Source of the DNA: Nymphaea colorata
Lineage: Eukaryota
Assembly: GCF_008831285.2 (NCBI RefSeq)
Contig: NC_045138.2
Span: forward strand, 22,444,001-22,508,000
DNA: 64,000 nucleotides
Reading direction: 5' to 3'
In this document: piece by piece, positions 12,618 through 26,300 of the stretch
How the letters are laid out: each line of letters starts with the position of its first letter
Numbering within the stretch: the stretch's first letter is position 1
The notes under the pieces: generated by a model
What the model saw: only the letters and a program-made list of their open reading frames with translations
Told to the model about the DNA's origin: nothing
The model's database searches: none
Program-made: the position numbers and the translations under genes

Positions 12618-15346
12618 CTCTAATGTCAAGAAGTTGGGGCTTCCGCTGATCACCAATTCTCGACTCGGAAAAGGGGGAAAGGAGACTCTGAAGACCAAAA
12701 AAATCGTAGATCTGGATAGAGAAGGTGCCTTACCGCTACTGCAGAAACTGCAAAAATCCAACCGGCTTTCTGGCCTCTCCCGTCCGAAGCCCTATTTCCA
12801 CCTTGAAAATACTCCAAAAAGCCGCAAAAAATTTCCAATCCCACTCAACTCCGAAACGACGTCTACAGCATCCGGAACCCCGCCCCCGGCAACCTTCATC
12901 CAGAATCCACTCGTCACCAGCCCCACGAGCCCTCCGATCCTCAAACTGGAAGCCAGAGAGAGAGAGAGGGAAAGAAGACAGAGAGAGAGGTGTGTGGGCA
13001 CTTTTGCCTCTTTCCTCCCCCCGCGAGCACTCAAAGAATCGTCTTCGTCCCTCTCAATAATTCAGCCCTAAAGAAGAAGAAAAAAAAAAAAACCAGAAGC
13101 GAATTTCAAACCCTACGCCACCATCACGCCATCGCCATCTCTCTTTCCCTCACTCTCTCTCTCTCTCTCTGGTCTCTCCTCCTCCTCAGTCATGGAAATG
13201 GGAAAAGGAAGAAACTTTTCTAACAAAAAATAAAAAACAGAGGGAGAAAAAAATAATTTAGAGTCCAAACGGACCACGCGACGTTGGTTTACCAGATCTC
13301 AACCCACCGCCCCCTCCTCGATACATTTATTAATCAGCTTTAACCCTAACTCTTTTATATCGCAGTACAAGAGGCGGGACCAGCGGCTCTGCGCCTGCTC
13401 CCCCCCCTCTCTCTCTCCTCTCCTCTCCTCAGAGACGCCTTTTTCTTTCGTTTATTTTAAATAAACGTACTAATTAGGACGTAAATAATTTGACGAGGGA
13501 CGGGAAATAATAATGAAATGGGGGAAGAGAAAATGACGGGAAATGCCGATGGAGGTCAACTTCAGTACGGTTAAAGGGGAGGGTTGGGATTAGTGGGTCA
13601 TGTGGGGTTGGGATTCGCGGGAGATTTCTCCTTTATCCGAAATCACTCACTCACTCTTGTAGCTATCCCCTTTGCTTCAATCACTTTAAAGCGTGCAGTT
13701 CCTCCACCAACTCGGCTCCTTCTCATTTCATTGTGTGTTGTTGTTACTGTTTCGTTTTTTTTTTATATTTTTTTTTTATATTTAAAGGTGAGTGGTTAAT
13801 TTCATCGCCTTGTCCATCTCATTGGGTTTTCATATATCATGCTTCGGAATCTTTACGGTACAAAGATAGAGCACACTAAGACGTGATAGTAAACTTGCCG
13901 TTCAGTACATTACCACCTCTCGGGTATATTGTTCCTCACTCTCAATCGCTCGGCTCCTTCTTCTTTTTTTTTTTCATGGTTCAACCTCTTGCTTAACCCC
14001 TCGCCTTTTGGCGACTATCTCACAAATATAATAAATTGTTCTTATCCAATGATTCTACTTTAAAATTTAAAATGGTTTCATAAAACATGACGTTTCAAAG
14101 TTTGATGAATTTGCTCTACGTTTTTGGGTAGTTTTACTAGATAACAATTTGTTACCATGCTAAATGGGCTTTTAGCAGTCATTTTACAATAATAACCATG
14201 TGAAATTGTTTCATGTACATGAATTTATCATAATATCATAGAATAGTAACATACAGTCATTGTTTAAGAACAACTTTTTAAAATATAAGGTTTCCTTTTA
14301 GTATCTGAGGATAACACCCCGCTGTGCTTCAACTTGCACATCAGTACCTTTTCTTTCTCTTCCCACTTTTTTGCACCACAAACAATTGGCTCAACATGAA
14401 ATTTATTTAGAATCTGATACGCACATATATTTATAACTTGAGTCCTACGTAAAATAATAATAATAATAATAATTAGTTTTAAATCCTATTAACGCAATAG
14501 ATCATTTGCTAACATCAACATATTGATACTGCCCCATGAATCTACCATAAAAATTGAAGTAAAATATTTATTTCAATGTTTCATCAATTTAACTTAACTT
14601 TTTATAATAGATTCATGCAATAGTAACAATGTGTTACTGGCTTATTATCAAACGAATTATGGAGCATCTTCTCAAGTTGACAGTTACTTTTAAAGTTGAA
14701 ACTAGTAAAAGCGAAGAATGACAGTCACTTTTAAAGTTGAAACTAGTAAAACCGAATAATGTTAAACTTTTTCTTGAGTAGGCTTTTTTTTTTCTTTTAA
14801 GGAGTATTTAGCATTATTGGGCCTTTTTTTTCTTTCAATGAGTATTTAGCATTATTGGGCTTTCACATGTCCAGACTTAGTTAGTTGCTGACACATTTAA
14901 TTGGATCATTAAAAATATGTTTGGTTGCATTTTGTAGTAACCGATCAAGCATATTTTTAAATGTCTTCGAACATAACATATTTCGAAAGAATGCGATGTA
15001 TCAAAACAGAACAAAAGCTTCATGTACATATATGGTTCCTTTTGTTTTACTAAATTGCAAATATAAAGGTATAGAGCAAAGTCAAGTCACATTCCTCCCT
15101 TTATGTTTTCTTTGTTGGAAAGCTAGAAATATCATGACCCACGGTATCACGAGAAGACCTCAAAAATTTTCATGATAATGTACATAGAATAATCTCAAGT
15201 CCTTTTCTACAAGTAATACCGCGATTTACCCCTATTAAAGGACGTGTATCCTCATATGTTGAACACTCCATGTGTGGATGTTGAACTTTAACAATTAGTA
15301 TGAGACTTTGAACTGTTCTTTTGCATTTTAAATAGATTTCATATGT

Positions 15347-15575
15347 CAGCGGCAGAGCTAGAGTTTTTTTGTCGAAGAAAACTCAATAAAAAAAATTAGG
15401 ACCCCTCAAGTAGATGGTAAAATGATTGGAAGGCAGTGTAAAAAATAAGTAAATAATTGAGGAGCAACAATATATAAAATAAACACATATATGGAGCCAA
15501 CAAGGACTTAAATAGATAGATTTTATGGGACTGTATGGACAACTCCCCACACAAGACCAAATTTCACTTGGCCCC
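15347..15575. mobile_element. hAT-type MITE
   Basis: Left end CAGCGGCAGAGC, degenerate right end CTTGGCCCC; 8-bp TSD TCATATGT / TCACATGT. Confidence 0.6.
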
Positions 15576-15682
15576 TCACATGTGCATATTCAAAGGAGTA
15601 TAAATGAAATATATAAAGCCCCAAAATGTTTTTCAAATTTTTTGATCTCAGAATTTCTCATACATGAGATGTTACAATGCTT

Positions 15683-15890
15683 CAGGGATGTCAATAGATC
15701 CAATTTGAATTGGATATCTGACCAAACCGATCCGAAAAAAAAACGAATATAAAAAAAAAAATAGTATTCGGTTAAGAAATCATATCAGATTCGGATTTAA
15801 TCAATTGCATCCAATCGGATTTCGATTTGGATATACATAAATATCTGATCGAATTCGGATCAGATTCATTTTTTAAGACAGATATCTTGT
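15683..15890. mobile_element. Truncated hAT-type non-autonomous element
   Basis: Starts with CAGGGATG (Ac/Ds-like terminus), followed by repeated ATCCGA/TCGGAT subterminal motifs; no right terminus seen. Confidence 0.5.
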
Positions 15891-16525
15891 ATCTAATGCC
15901 ATAAATTTTTAGTCCTGAGATGGTTTTATTTTTTTCAAATAAAAATATAAAATGGTATTTGAATGATTCTTAATAACTTAAAAATATGCAATATGTAGCA
16001 TATATTTTATAGGAATTGAAAAGCTTCTAGTTAATCCTTGATTTCTAAACTTTCATAAAAGATGAACTCAGCGAACATCACATCTGACGTAGGTTTGATA
16101 TGTGATCTGATTGTTCAAAATTGAATAAAAAATTCACATTTGAGATTGAATACCTTGAATGAGTCATGATCATGAGTTTGAAGGCGCTTAAGTTATTTGA
16201 TAGGTTAAGTTAGATGCGTCTTCCTCGTTTAGCACATTTTAACACAAGCAAAAAATATTAATTATAAACTCCTTTGGTGGTCCACATCATTTGCATTTAA
16301 AGTAGCTCAATACACCAAATTTAATTATTTTGTCAAGTAAGAGTAAAAAATTTTTGATTTCTAACAATGCTAACCCAAAAGAAGAGAAAATCTAATACGA
16401 TTTAATGCTTTCTTTTAGTCGGAAGAAAAGGAAACACTAGCGAGAACTTAAGAGCACTTGGAAAGACCTCCCCATTTTAATTCGGCTTTTTTAACACCAA
16501 ATTTTGATTCAGTTTGACTAGGGAA

Positions 16526-16714
16526 CACTAGGGGAGCTACATATAAGGTTGTGTGGGCAACTGCCCCCACTAGTAATGAAATTTTTATTAATTTTTACAT
16601 ATTTTTACATAAATGTCTTACATTTATTTATTTATTTATATATGTTGTGTTCTTTCGAAAATGAGAATTTCTACAAAAGTGTTTCATAGTAAAAAATTCT
16701 TGGCTTCGCCACTG
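16526..16714. mobile_element. hAT-type MITE (same general family as 15347-15575)
   Basis: Right TIR TGGCTTCGCCACTG, degenerate left TIR CACTAGGGGAGCTA (9/14 match), 8-bp TSD CTAGGGAA / CTAGGAAA. Confidence 0.65.
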
Positions 16715-17046
16715 CTAGGAAACAATGGATAAGAATAATTCATGTTTAAGGCTAATGGAGCAAGGAACAAATGCTTTGGTATTATACGATATATGGGTAG
16801 TTCATGACCGTAATTAAGTCAGAAAGTTTTTTTCTAAAGTTTAGTGTCCCTTTTATGAAGACTGACTAGATACAGATTTTTCTATTTCAACGGAAAAGTT
16901 GAGAATCCTTGCTTCCAAACATAGTTTCGTTGCCTAGTAACTTATCAACTTTTAAATCTTTTTCGCAATTTTTTCACAAAAAGTATAGTAAAAGTACAAC
17001 ACGCACAGACACACACACACTCTCTCTCTCTCTCTCTTTAATTTTG

Positions 17047-17087
<41 letters not shown>

Positions 17088-19745
17088 GTTATTAACAAAA
17101 GAGAGTTGTTTGCATGAAAAAATACAAAGCTAATGTGCACCATTCTGAGTAGTAGATACCCACCACATCTAATCAATCCAAAATTAGAGCTGTCGTCAAT
17201 TCCGAAACATCGGAAGGATAGGCCTTCATCCTTCTATTAACTAAAAATTGTGCGCAGCTCAGGAACTAAGGAAAGACCGGTGTTTTACCGTGGTGAGTTG
17301 TTAACCTCTTATTCACCTAAAACAATACTACAAGCAGAATATACAATTCCTTTAACATCTACATCAAGTTCCAGGTTGACGTGTGTGTTGTATAAGTTTA
17401 TAACCATATGTGAATAGAATAATGTGATGACCATGATATACATTGACAATGAGTTGTTCAATCGACTTAGTTATCAAATTATAAGGTGTCACATATTATC
17501 TTTTTAAGAGTTGCTCGACAATTTATATTTTTAATTTTGGAAAATAATTTTTGCAAGTGGTGATTTATAAATAATAGTTCAAGTTTATTAGACGACTCAC
17601 ATATTAATCAACAGCCATCATGTTTACTTACTTTATATTTATAAACTGATATATAAGTAAACATAAAGACTATGTGAACAAATTATGAATCGCACAATAC
17701 TAATTGTTTAAATAAGAACGCAGGTGAAGCTACCTTTTTGAAAGAGTGAATATTTTATATTTTGACTTAAAAGACATAACGTTTCTGTATTTGTCATTTA
17801 TGTAGAACAAAAACTCATAAATTAATAGGTTTATTCAATGAAAATATTTTATAAAAAAATACATAGTTTATAAAATGTGTAAATTGAAGAAATATGAATA
17901 CTATCTTGACTGGTCATGAATTATCCGATCATGCATTGATGTAAAGAAATGAATTAGTTCTTGAGATTAACATATGCATATATGTACACCTTGGATTCAG
18001 ATAGCGTTTGTCATCCTGGACCGCCCTATTTTCAAGATCATTGAACGCTCCAATGCAAGACTGCTGGGAGGTCTACTCCTGGATATCATTGAATCTCTAA
18101 AGAATAAACGAATACCAAATCAATTCATTACTTTACCTCTCATATGATTATAAATGCTTGGTGAAGACAACATTGAACATTATCATTACTTTCCTATTAT
18201 TTCACCAAATATAAGCACAACCTGCATCATTCTTCACCACCAAATAAGAAAGTAGAAGCAAACAACAACTGCATTAAAATCTTCAACTACAACACAAGGA
18301 GCGGTTTCACTTTTTTACTAAATAAGAAAGATCTTACAACGAACATCTCCTGTCTAACCAATTAGAACGAAGATAGATGACATACACATTAATGCACACC
18401 AGCACTATAGATCTGATCACACAATCAATACAATCCAGTACGCGGCCGTTCTTGAAACTTTTACATGGATTCCACACGACTAAAATTCTCTGAGTGGAAA
18501 GGCCACCAACCATGTTGGACTCCAAAGCGTAATATCAAAACTTTCCTCTACAATAATCATGTATCTCCTGATGTAGCATGGTATCCAAAATAACAAAAAC
18601 TTCCATCATGCTTTTTTAATACAACATGACATGATTCATCAGTTATTGCAGAAATATGGTTCCTTCCTGGCACATTTCCAAGTCATTAGTCCTCTTCTTT
18701 AACAGGTCTGTCTTCAACTTTTTCCTACTACTTTGATATGACATCAAAACTTTGAAAAATTTAACTCTGTCATGTCTAGAACCAAAGATACTGATTAATG
18801 ACAAAAATATCTCTTGTTCACACAAAAAAGACAAGTTTTTGATGAGATAAAATTGGAAATAAAAAAAGTGAAATGACTAGGAAGGACATGTTTTTTTGTA
18901 AATTACAAAAAGCATCCCTCCCTCTTCTTTTACTGCATAGGCGAGCGGCAGACACAACCTTCAATAGGTCGCTCTTGAACTCCAATGACCATTTCACTTT
19001 TCAACGATTCCCGAGCATGAGAATAAGGATATACCTTAAGAACAACAACATTATGCAAAGTCTCATCCTCTATGCAGATGTCCATCTATGATATGATTCT
19101 CATCTTTTATCCTTAGAAGATCAAATATGTTAAAAAAAAAGACTTCTTCCCAAAAGCTATATCATTTGTCTCATCCACCGAGGACAAACAACACAAGATG
19201 CTAGGAGAAGGGAGAGGATAGAGAGAACATAGAAAGGAGAACAGAAAATGACAAGAGGTGAGAAGGAGAAAGAATAATACAGCAGGAACAAATATTCCCA
19301 AAAAGGATGGGAGAAGAAGGAAATTTCAAGACGACGATTGCCAAAAATGAGGTCCGAGTATGAACATGAGAGGGACAAGAAGCATGCAGTAAGTACTGAG
19401 CAGTTAGGAAGTGAGAACTCAAGCATCTACAAGAAGAGACTGTAACTTGAGCATATGAATGAAGATTAGATGGTTGTGAAGTTCTGTTTGCATTTGGAGA
19501 GACTTCCAAGAATTGAATCACACATGTTCGAGGGCCATCTCGCCTACAATCGAAATATCATCGTCCACTTGGAGGAGGATTACGTGAGACTGAGGCAGAA
19601 CACCACCAATCCTCACCACTAGATGACAAAATGTTAGTTTTGCTAAGAATAGCACTGAACAAGAACACCCACGGAGGAAGTATGAAATCTGAAGCCGGGG
19701 GGCGAAAGGGAAGCGTGTGTTTGGAAAAAGGAAACTGCTGGCCAC

Positions 19746-20203
19746 TAGGGGTGGATACGAGCGCGATTTGAATCAGTTCGAGCTCGTCTCGACTAATGAA
19801 ATCTCCAGCTCCAGATGGAAGCAGCTTGAGTTCCTTGTTGAGCTCAAGTTCGACTCGATTAAGGCTTCACAAACTCGTTTGAATATAATTGATATTCATG
19901 TGTTGAGCTTGAGCTTGACTCGATTAAGACTCGACAAACTCGTTTGAATAGAATTGATATTCATCGTTACGCGTCGAGCTCGAACTTGACTCGATCAAGG
20001 CTCGACAAACTCATAAACTCGTTTGAATATATCGACTTGATTAAAGCGCGATAAACTCGATTAAGGTTCGAGCTCGACTCGGCAGTTACGTGTTGAGCTC
20101 GAACTCAACTCGATCATTTGAATGAGTCGACTCATGAATTTGAACTCTACTCGTTTAGCAAATGATTTGGCTCAAACTCGTTCAGCAGCGTTGTCTACCC
20201 CTA
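19746..20203. mobile_element. hAT-type MITE rich in CTCGA/GAGCTC repeats
   Basis: TIRs TAGGGGTGGATA / TGTCTACCCCTA; 8-bp TSD CTGGCCAC / CTGGCCTG (6/8); interior built from AACTCG / GAGCTCGA motifs. Confidence 0.75.
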
Positions 20204-20739
20204 CTGGCCTGACTTAAATGTGTTTAGCTAGAAAGACTTCTCTTCTAATTATTTTAACGAACTGACGAATATCCATAATATACAACAAGATACCTTGAAC
20301 AAAATGGACACAAGAGTGCTGCACTACATAAATTGATTAAGTTTGAAGTCATCCTCCAGAGATAAAATTTGTGTTGAATACCGGGCGTTTTATCTGATGG
20401 TAATCTAACAATACGACCGAGATCGTGAAAAGGAGCTTCCCTCTGTTTCCGGCAGGTTTGAGTTCGTGATTTCTGATTCCGGAGCCAAACGCGTCCTTCG
20501 CGGAAATCGGATAACATGAATACTTTTGGGAGAAAAAAAGGTGAGGATATTTCCACCCACCGATTCCAACCCCTAGCAACAGAGAGGTGACAGCTCACAT
20601 GTTTCCTCAGGCTTAATACATTTCCGCGCTTTTCGTGAAAGAAAGAAAGGGAAAAGAAATCGTTAGCAAGAAACATGGTGAAAAGACATAAATACCATCG
20701 ACTTTCGTTCTCAAGCAACGCATTCGAACCAGTCTTTAA

Positions 20740-21370
20740 GAGGACGGGGTGGTGGCGCTCTCGTCATTCGCCGACCCGCGGGTCGTCGTACTTCCCCCCC
20801 CAACCCGGACGTACTCGTGCAGTTCGTGAGGTGGACCGCGGACACGCTGGCCATCGTACGATCACGCGATTCCCGAGATCTCAGCCGTCTGATTCTGGAA
20901 CCGTACGGTACGCAGCTTCTCGCGCGGCGAGAGGCTCGGACAGTGGTTAAGCACGCGCGCCTCCGGCTAACCGTGGTTAGGTTAGAGGTGGGCCCCGAGG
21001 TGGGGGTGGGGCCCATCTTTTTTGATGTCCAGATGAACGGTCGGACGCTGGCGACGTGGCGGAGAGATGGGGCTGTACGTTCGACGAGCACGTGGACGGG
21101 AGGCGTACGTTCAGGAAAAGAGAGGATATGTGCGGAGGTGGGGCCCACTCCTCATCTTTCAATGAGTAACGCGTTTGCCGAGAAACTACGAGCGTACCCC
21201 AGAGGGAAGGCGCCGGTCAAGGGTCAGAAGCGTCATTGTGGTAAACGCCTCGCTGGCCGAGTAGATGGGGCGGAGGCTTTGTGTCCGACGCTCCGTATAT
21301 TCTTCCATATCGAAAGCAACGTTGGTACGATGAGCGTTTGCAAGCGTTGGCTGAACCGAGACGAAACGGG
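20740..21370. promoter_or_regulatory. GC/CpG-rich non-coding island, candidate distal enhancer (clustered CGTAC SBP-type and GGNCCCAC-like TCP-type sites)
   Basis: Nine GTAC cores, three GTGGG(G)CCC sites, CpG not depleted, no recognisable TIR/LTR or protein homology. Function is inferred. Confidence 0.5.
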
Positions 21371-23317
21371 AAAAGAATTTGCATCCGTTATATATATATA
21401 TATATATATATAAGTAAATAATTATAAGAAATTTATATAAAAATATGTAAAAATAAATAATTTTTTTTTTGCTGACGAATTATTTGACCCACGAATGGAA
21501 CCGATCTTATTACAAAGAGAGGATGGTGAGTTATTGACATTTTATTTGATTGTAAAAGGTAAATTAAAAGCTAAGTTTTACTAAATTTTAAATGTCTTGG
21601 GGGTGAAAAAATAGAGATGTCTCCTACCTTATGCTACCAAACATGGATCTTTATTCATACGCGAGGAACTTATAGCATGGAGTGCAAGGCTGGATCCTCT
21701 CATTCCTCACCCAATCTCGTCCCACTCATGTTGGCCCCCGTTGCCGGAGCAGATCTTTTCTACAATGGAATTATTGGACATCAGCTGATCTGATCTTAAA
21801 TGGATACATAAAGGTTGCTATTTCAAAAAAAGACAAATACAGGCTAACGATTCAAAGAGTTGTTTCGATAACTATATTTTATAAGTTTTATCTCTAAATC
21901 CAGTAACCATCATGTCCTTGAGCAAGTTGAAACAAAAATTGCACCTAAATAGTTCATTTGCGCATGAGTCCAACTCCTATTCTCACCACTTCATGCCCTA
22001 GAGTCTTTCATATGTAGCTCCACTTCAAAGTAGCTAAGCTGCAAATGTACATGTTATATTATAAACTGTTATTTTAAGTTGGTGGTAGTAAAAGTTGTTA
22101 TAAATGTTTTAAATAACATAAGATGGCTCTTGTTTAAATCAAATGCGATGAGATGAGAAAGTCTAGAGCATTGCTTTATGATGGGGTCAATTGCAAGCAT
22201 AAAATATTCGAAGAAAAGAAAAATGCCATCAACTCTTCATAAAGGAAAAAAAAAGGAAAGACCTTCAATATTCAAATGCAAAGTAAAAACGAACTAAACT
22301 AACAAGATCAATTTCAAAGCACAGATTATGACAGCATCTTGACATATTTTTATAGCATTAGCCGCATTAGCTCCATGATGGTTTGACTTTGCCTGACTAG
22401 CATAAGCTTAATAGCTGATTATAAAAAATTTCATGAGAATTCTTCATAGAGCAGTAGCAACTAAGAACTGATCTAGTCCATAAATAAGGATAGCTTAAGG
22501 GGATTAGAAGGTCTAGTGGTAATTTAGGCTTTCAAACAAACAAGGAAATTGAATAGTTGACGTACTTTGGAATCAGAAGCATAAAAACAGTATTGTAGCC
22601 TAATGTCAATAGAAAATTCACGTCACAGAAGGGATATGCATCTTGCACACTGACTGGGTGAAGCTTGGTGCATATTTTGGCTGTAGGGAAGTAATAGGAA
22701 AATAAAAGTGCAGCTTAAGATGCCAGTTCTTGAGATTCTCAAATATAAAACCAAATCATACTACATTTGCCAATGAAAAGAAACTTATGCATACATATGA
22801 ATAATTAGCATCCAAGCTAATTTCTAAGATCCTGAAATGTTAACTAAAGTAATTTTGCAATTCTTATAAAAAATCCATGTTGTATACAAATCTTCATCAA
22901 CTGCCAAACTTGTTTAGGAAATGAGGAAATAAGCAACTATATATATATATATAATCAAAACATAATTTTATGTCAAAATTTTAACACATTAAAATACTAA
23001 CAAGATGCACAGCAAAAAGAGAATTTAGCAAAAAGAGAATTTAAAGGATGTGAACAATAAAAATAGATTAAAAACACTAGCATGGGGCACACAATTCAGT
23101 TGCATAACAGTGGAAGAGATTCAAAATAGCAAACTGTTCAAGGCAATGTAACCCAACAACATCTTCTTGATCTATCTTCCTTTTCCTACTTATCAAAGTA
23201 TTGTAACCTTCGGTTTAGCAAGTCCCCTTTTAGTTCCTTTTTTTACTCAAATATAATTTAGTGTTAGCAAGTAACTTAGACATACAAAATTACAAGCAGT
23301 CACTCAAGCCTGTAAAG

Positions 23318-26300
23318 AGTTAAGAAACTGAAAGCATACAAGAGAAAGAGAGAAGGAGAGAAAGAGAAGAACACATAAGATAACATAGTTCGACTAAACA
23401 AGCCTATGTCCACACCAACTATTCTCTCTATTCTTCGATAAATCAACCAAGAGAGAGTACAAACATTTATAGTCACTGTGTACAATTGAGATCCTTGATT
23501 TTAGGATCTGGATTTAGAAATGGATCTTAAGCCTTATCAAGAAAAGATCCTCAATTTTGGATAACGCAGCATTGGTGTTATCTTCTCCTTGATTGTCGCC
23601 TCTCCCTGATTGTCGTGGATTCTCTTATCATTTCCCCTCAAGCTGATGTTAGTGTCAACAAGATTAAGCTTGTTCCTTAGACAATGAAACCGTGGTCCAG
23701 CCAATGCTTTGGTCAAGATATCAGCCAACTGTGCTTGGGAGGTGACAAATTTAATTTGAATTTCCTTTTTGGCGACTTTTTCTCTAACAAAGTGAAAATC
23801 AATTTCGATATGTTTTGTTCTTGTATGAAAAACAGGATTGGCTGCAAGGTAAGTAGCTTCAAGATTGTCACATCTGAGTATTTGTGGTCCCGTGATGTCA
23901 ACCTTGAGTTCCTTGAAAAGAGATTTCAACCAAATAATTTCAGATGCGGCAATCGCAAGGGCTTTATATCCGAAGAATGCGTTTGACATGACCCCAATGA
24001 AGATCAGTAGAATCATGCATAAATTGACATGCTTTATTAGCAACAAATGAAATATCAGGTCGAGTGAGAGTGACATACTACAAGGCTCCAACAATGCTCC
24101 TATAGAGAGTAGCATCCATGAGTTTCTCCTATGCATGTCGTGAGAGAGGTAAGTTGGGAACAACAGGTGTAACAACATCTTTACACTTCTCCATCCCAGC
24201 TTTGCTAAGTATATCAAGAATATATTTCTTTTGCGAAAAAAAAGATGATCTTTGGTAAAGGACACCTCAATTCCAAGGAAGTAGTGGATTTGTCCTAAGT
24301 CTTTGAGGGAGAAGTGTTGTCCAAGCTTTGCTGAAAAATTGTGTATTTCTATCTTGGAGCTGCCAGTCAAAATAATGTCATCGATATAAATCAAGAGATA
24401 AATAGTGCTGGAACCAGTGCGAATAAAAAGTGACGAATCAGACTGCGATTCCCGAAATTCTTCACTGACAAGAAACTGCTTCAAGCTGTCAAACCAAGCT
24501 CTGGAAGCTTGTTTGAGTCCATAAAGAGATTCCTTGAGTTTGCAAATATGATTAGGCAACTGTGAACTTTCAAACCCTAGCGGCTGAATCATAAAATCTT
24601 CTTCTTTCAGTGTTCCATGAAGGAAGACATTATTGACATCAAGTTGTTGAATGCACCATCCACGGCTGAAGACAATAGACAAAACAATATGAATAGTGGT
24701 TGGTTTGACAACAAGACTGAAAGTATCAAAGTAATACACTCATTCTCTTTGATTAAATCCTTTGGCCACTAATCTGGCCTTGTATCTAGTTATAACACCA
24801 TCAAAATGCCGTCTGATTTTGTAGACCCATCTACATCCAATAACATTCAATTGAGGTTGTCTCGGTACAAGGTCCCATGTTTTATTTTTGTAAAGAGCAT
24901 CCATCTCGCTTTTCATAGCATTAACCTAGTTGTGGTCTTGTTGAGCCTCTTTTAGAGAGGTAGGTTCAGTTTCAAGAATGGGTTGGGTCAAGTAGGTGAA
25001 GACTCTAGGCCGACGGGTTCCATCTTGGGACCTTGTTCCCATGTGGTGAGATCTAGTGGGATCAACTAATTGGTTGTTAGGTACATCATTGGAGGAAGAC
25101 TCAATGAGATTAGCATCGGTTTGGACGGTTGAGGAACTTGGGAGACTAGGAATAATTCTGGGCAATTCAATAAGAGGTGAACTCATGTTTGGTTTGTCAA
25201 TAAGTATAGAGTCAATGCACTCAGATGTGATTCTAACCATTTTGAAATGTCTAATGCAGTAATAGAGGAACCATAATGAGAGTATAAAAAGCTTTATTCG
25301 TCAAATATAACGTGTCTAGATATGATGACACGATTGGAGATTGGATTGTAACAGATATAACCTTTATGGCAGCTTCCATAGCCAATGAAGACGCAGGCTT
25401 GAGCTTTGGGTTTTAGTTTTAAAGCACGTCTAGACCCAGTCAAAGGATAGATGGTACATCCAAAGGTTCTCATATGACTATATTTTGGAACTTCATGCAA
25501 GAGCTTCTCATATGGCGTCATTTTCAAGTATGCAATAGACAACCTGTTAATAAGATGAACAACTGTTTTAAAAGCATCAAACCAGAATTTTTGTGGCATA
25601 TTTGCATGAATACTCATGGTAAGTTCCATTTCCACTAGGTGTCTATGTTTCCTTTCGACTATTCCATTCTGTTGAGATGTGTAAGGACATGTTATCCATC
25701 GACGAATACCTTCGTTTTCAAGAAATGTGGTAAATTCTTTGCTCATGAATTTCCCTCCTCCATCTGAATGAAAAATTTTAATTTTTGCCTCAAGTTGACG
25801 CTCTACTATGCTTGAGAAGGTTTTAAACCATTGAAACGTATCACTTTTCTTGGACAAGGGAAAGATCCATGAGAAGCGAGAATAGTCGTCTACTATTAAT
25901 AAGTAATACATGTACCATTCTCGCGAAGCGCATGGTGCTGGGCCCCAAAGATCAGCATGTAATACTTCAAGAGATTTGGTGGCATGAAACTAAGCCTTAG
26001 AAAAAGGAATTTTATGCATTTTTCCAAGCACACATGAAAAACAAAGACTCAATTTGTGTTTGTCATGAACAGAAATGAAACCATCAGCTTTCAACGAGTT
26101 CAATAACTGAAAATCTAAAACAAGGATTTTGTGAAACTAAAGAGATATTAATAGTCTTTTCTTCATCTCTGATAGTTGAGTCCTTTCTCTCTCTTGTCCA
26201 TCTATATAGTTCTCCTTTCTCAAGCGGCCCTGTGTGAAGAATCCTGCTCATCTGCACATTCTTAATAGCAAAACCATTAGAGGAAAATTCAATAGAACAC

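Noticed and set aside
12634..13071. 145-aa ORF antisense to the SPL leader
   Set aside because: Non-ATG start, runs through GA repeats, no domain.
20817..21413. 198-aa ORF and overlapping ORFs on both strands
   Set aside because: Non-ATG start, ends in a (TA)n tract, open in several frames because of high GC; better explained as non-coding.
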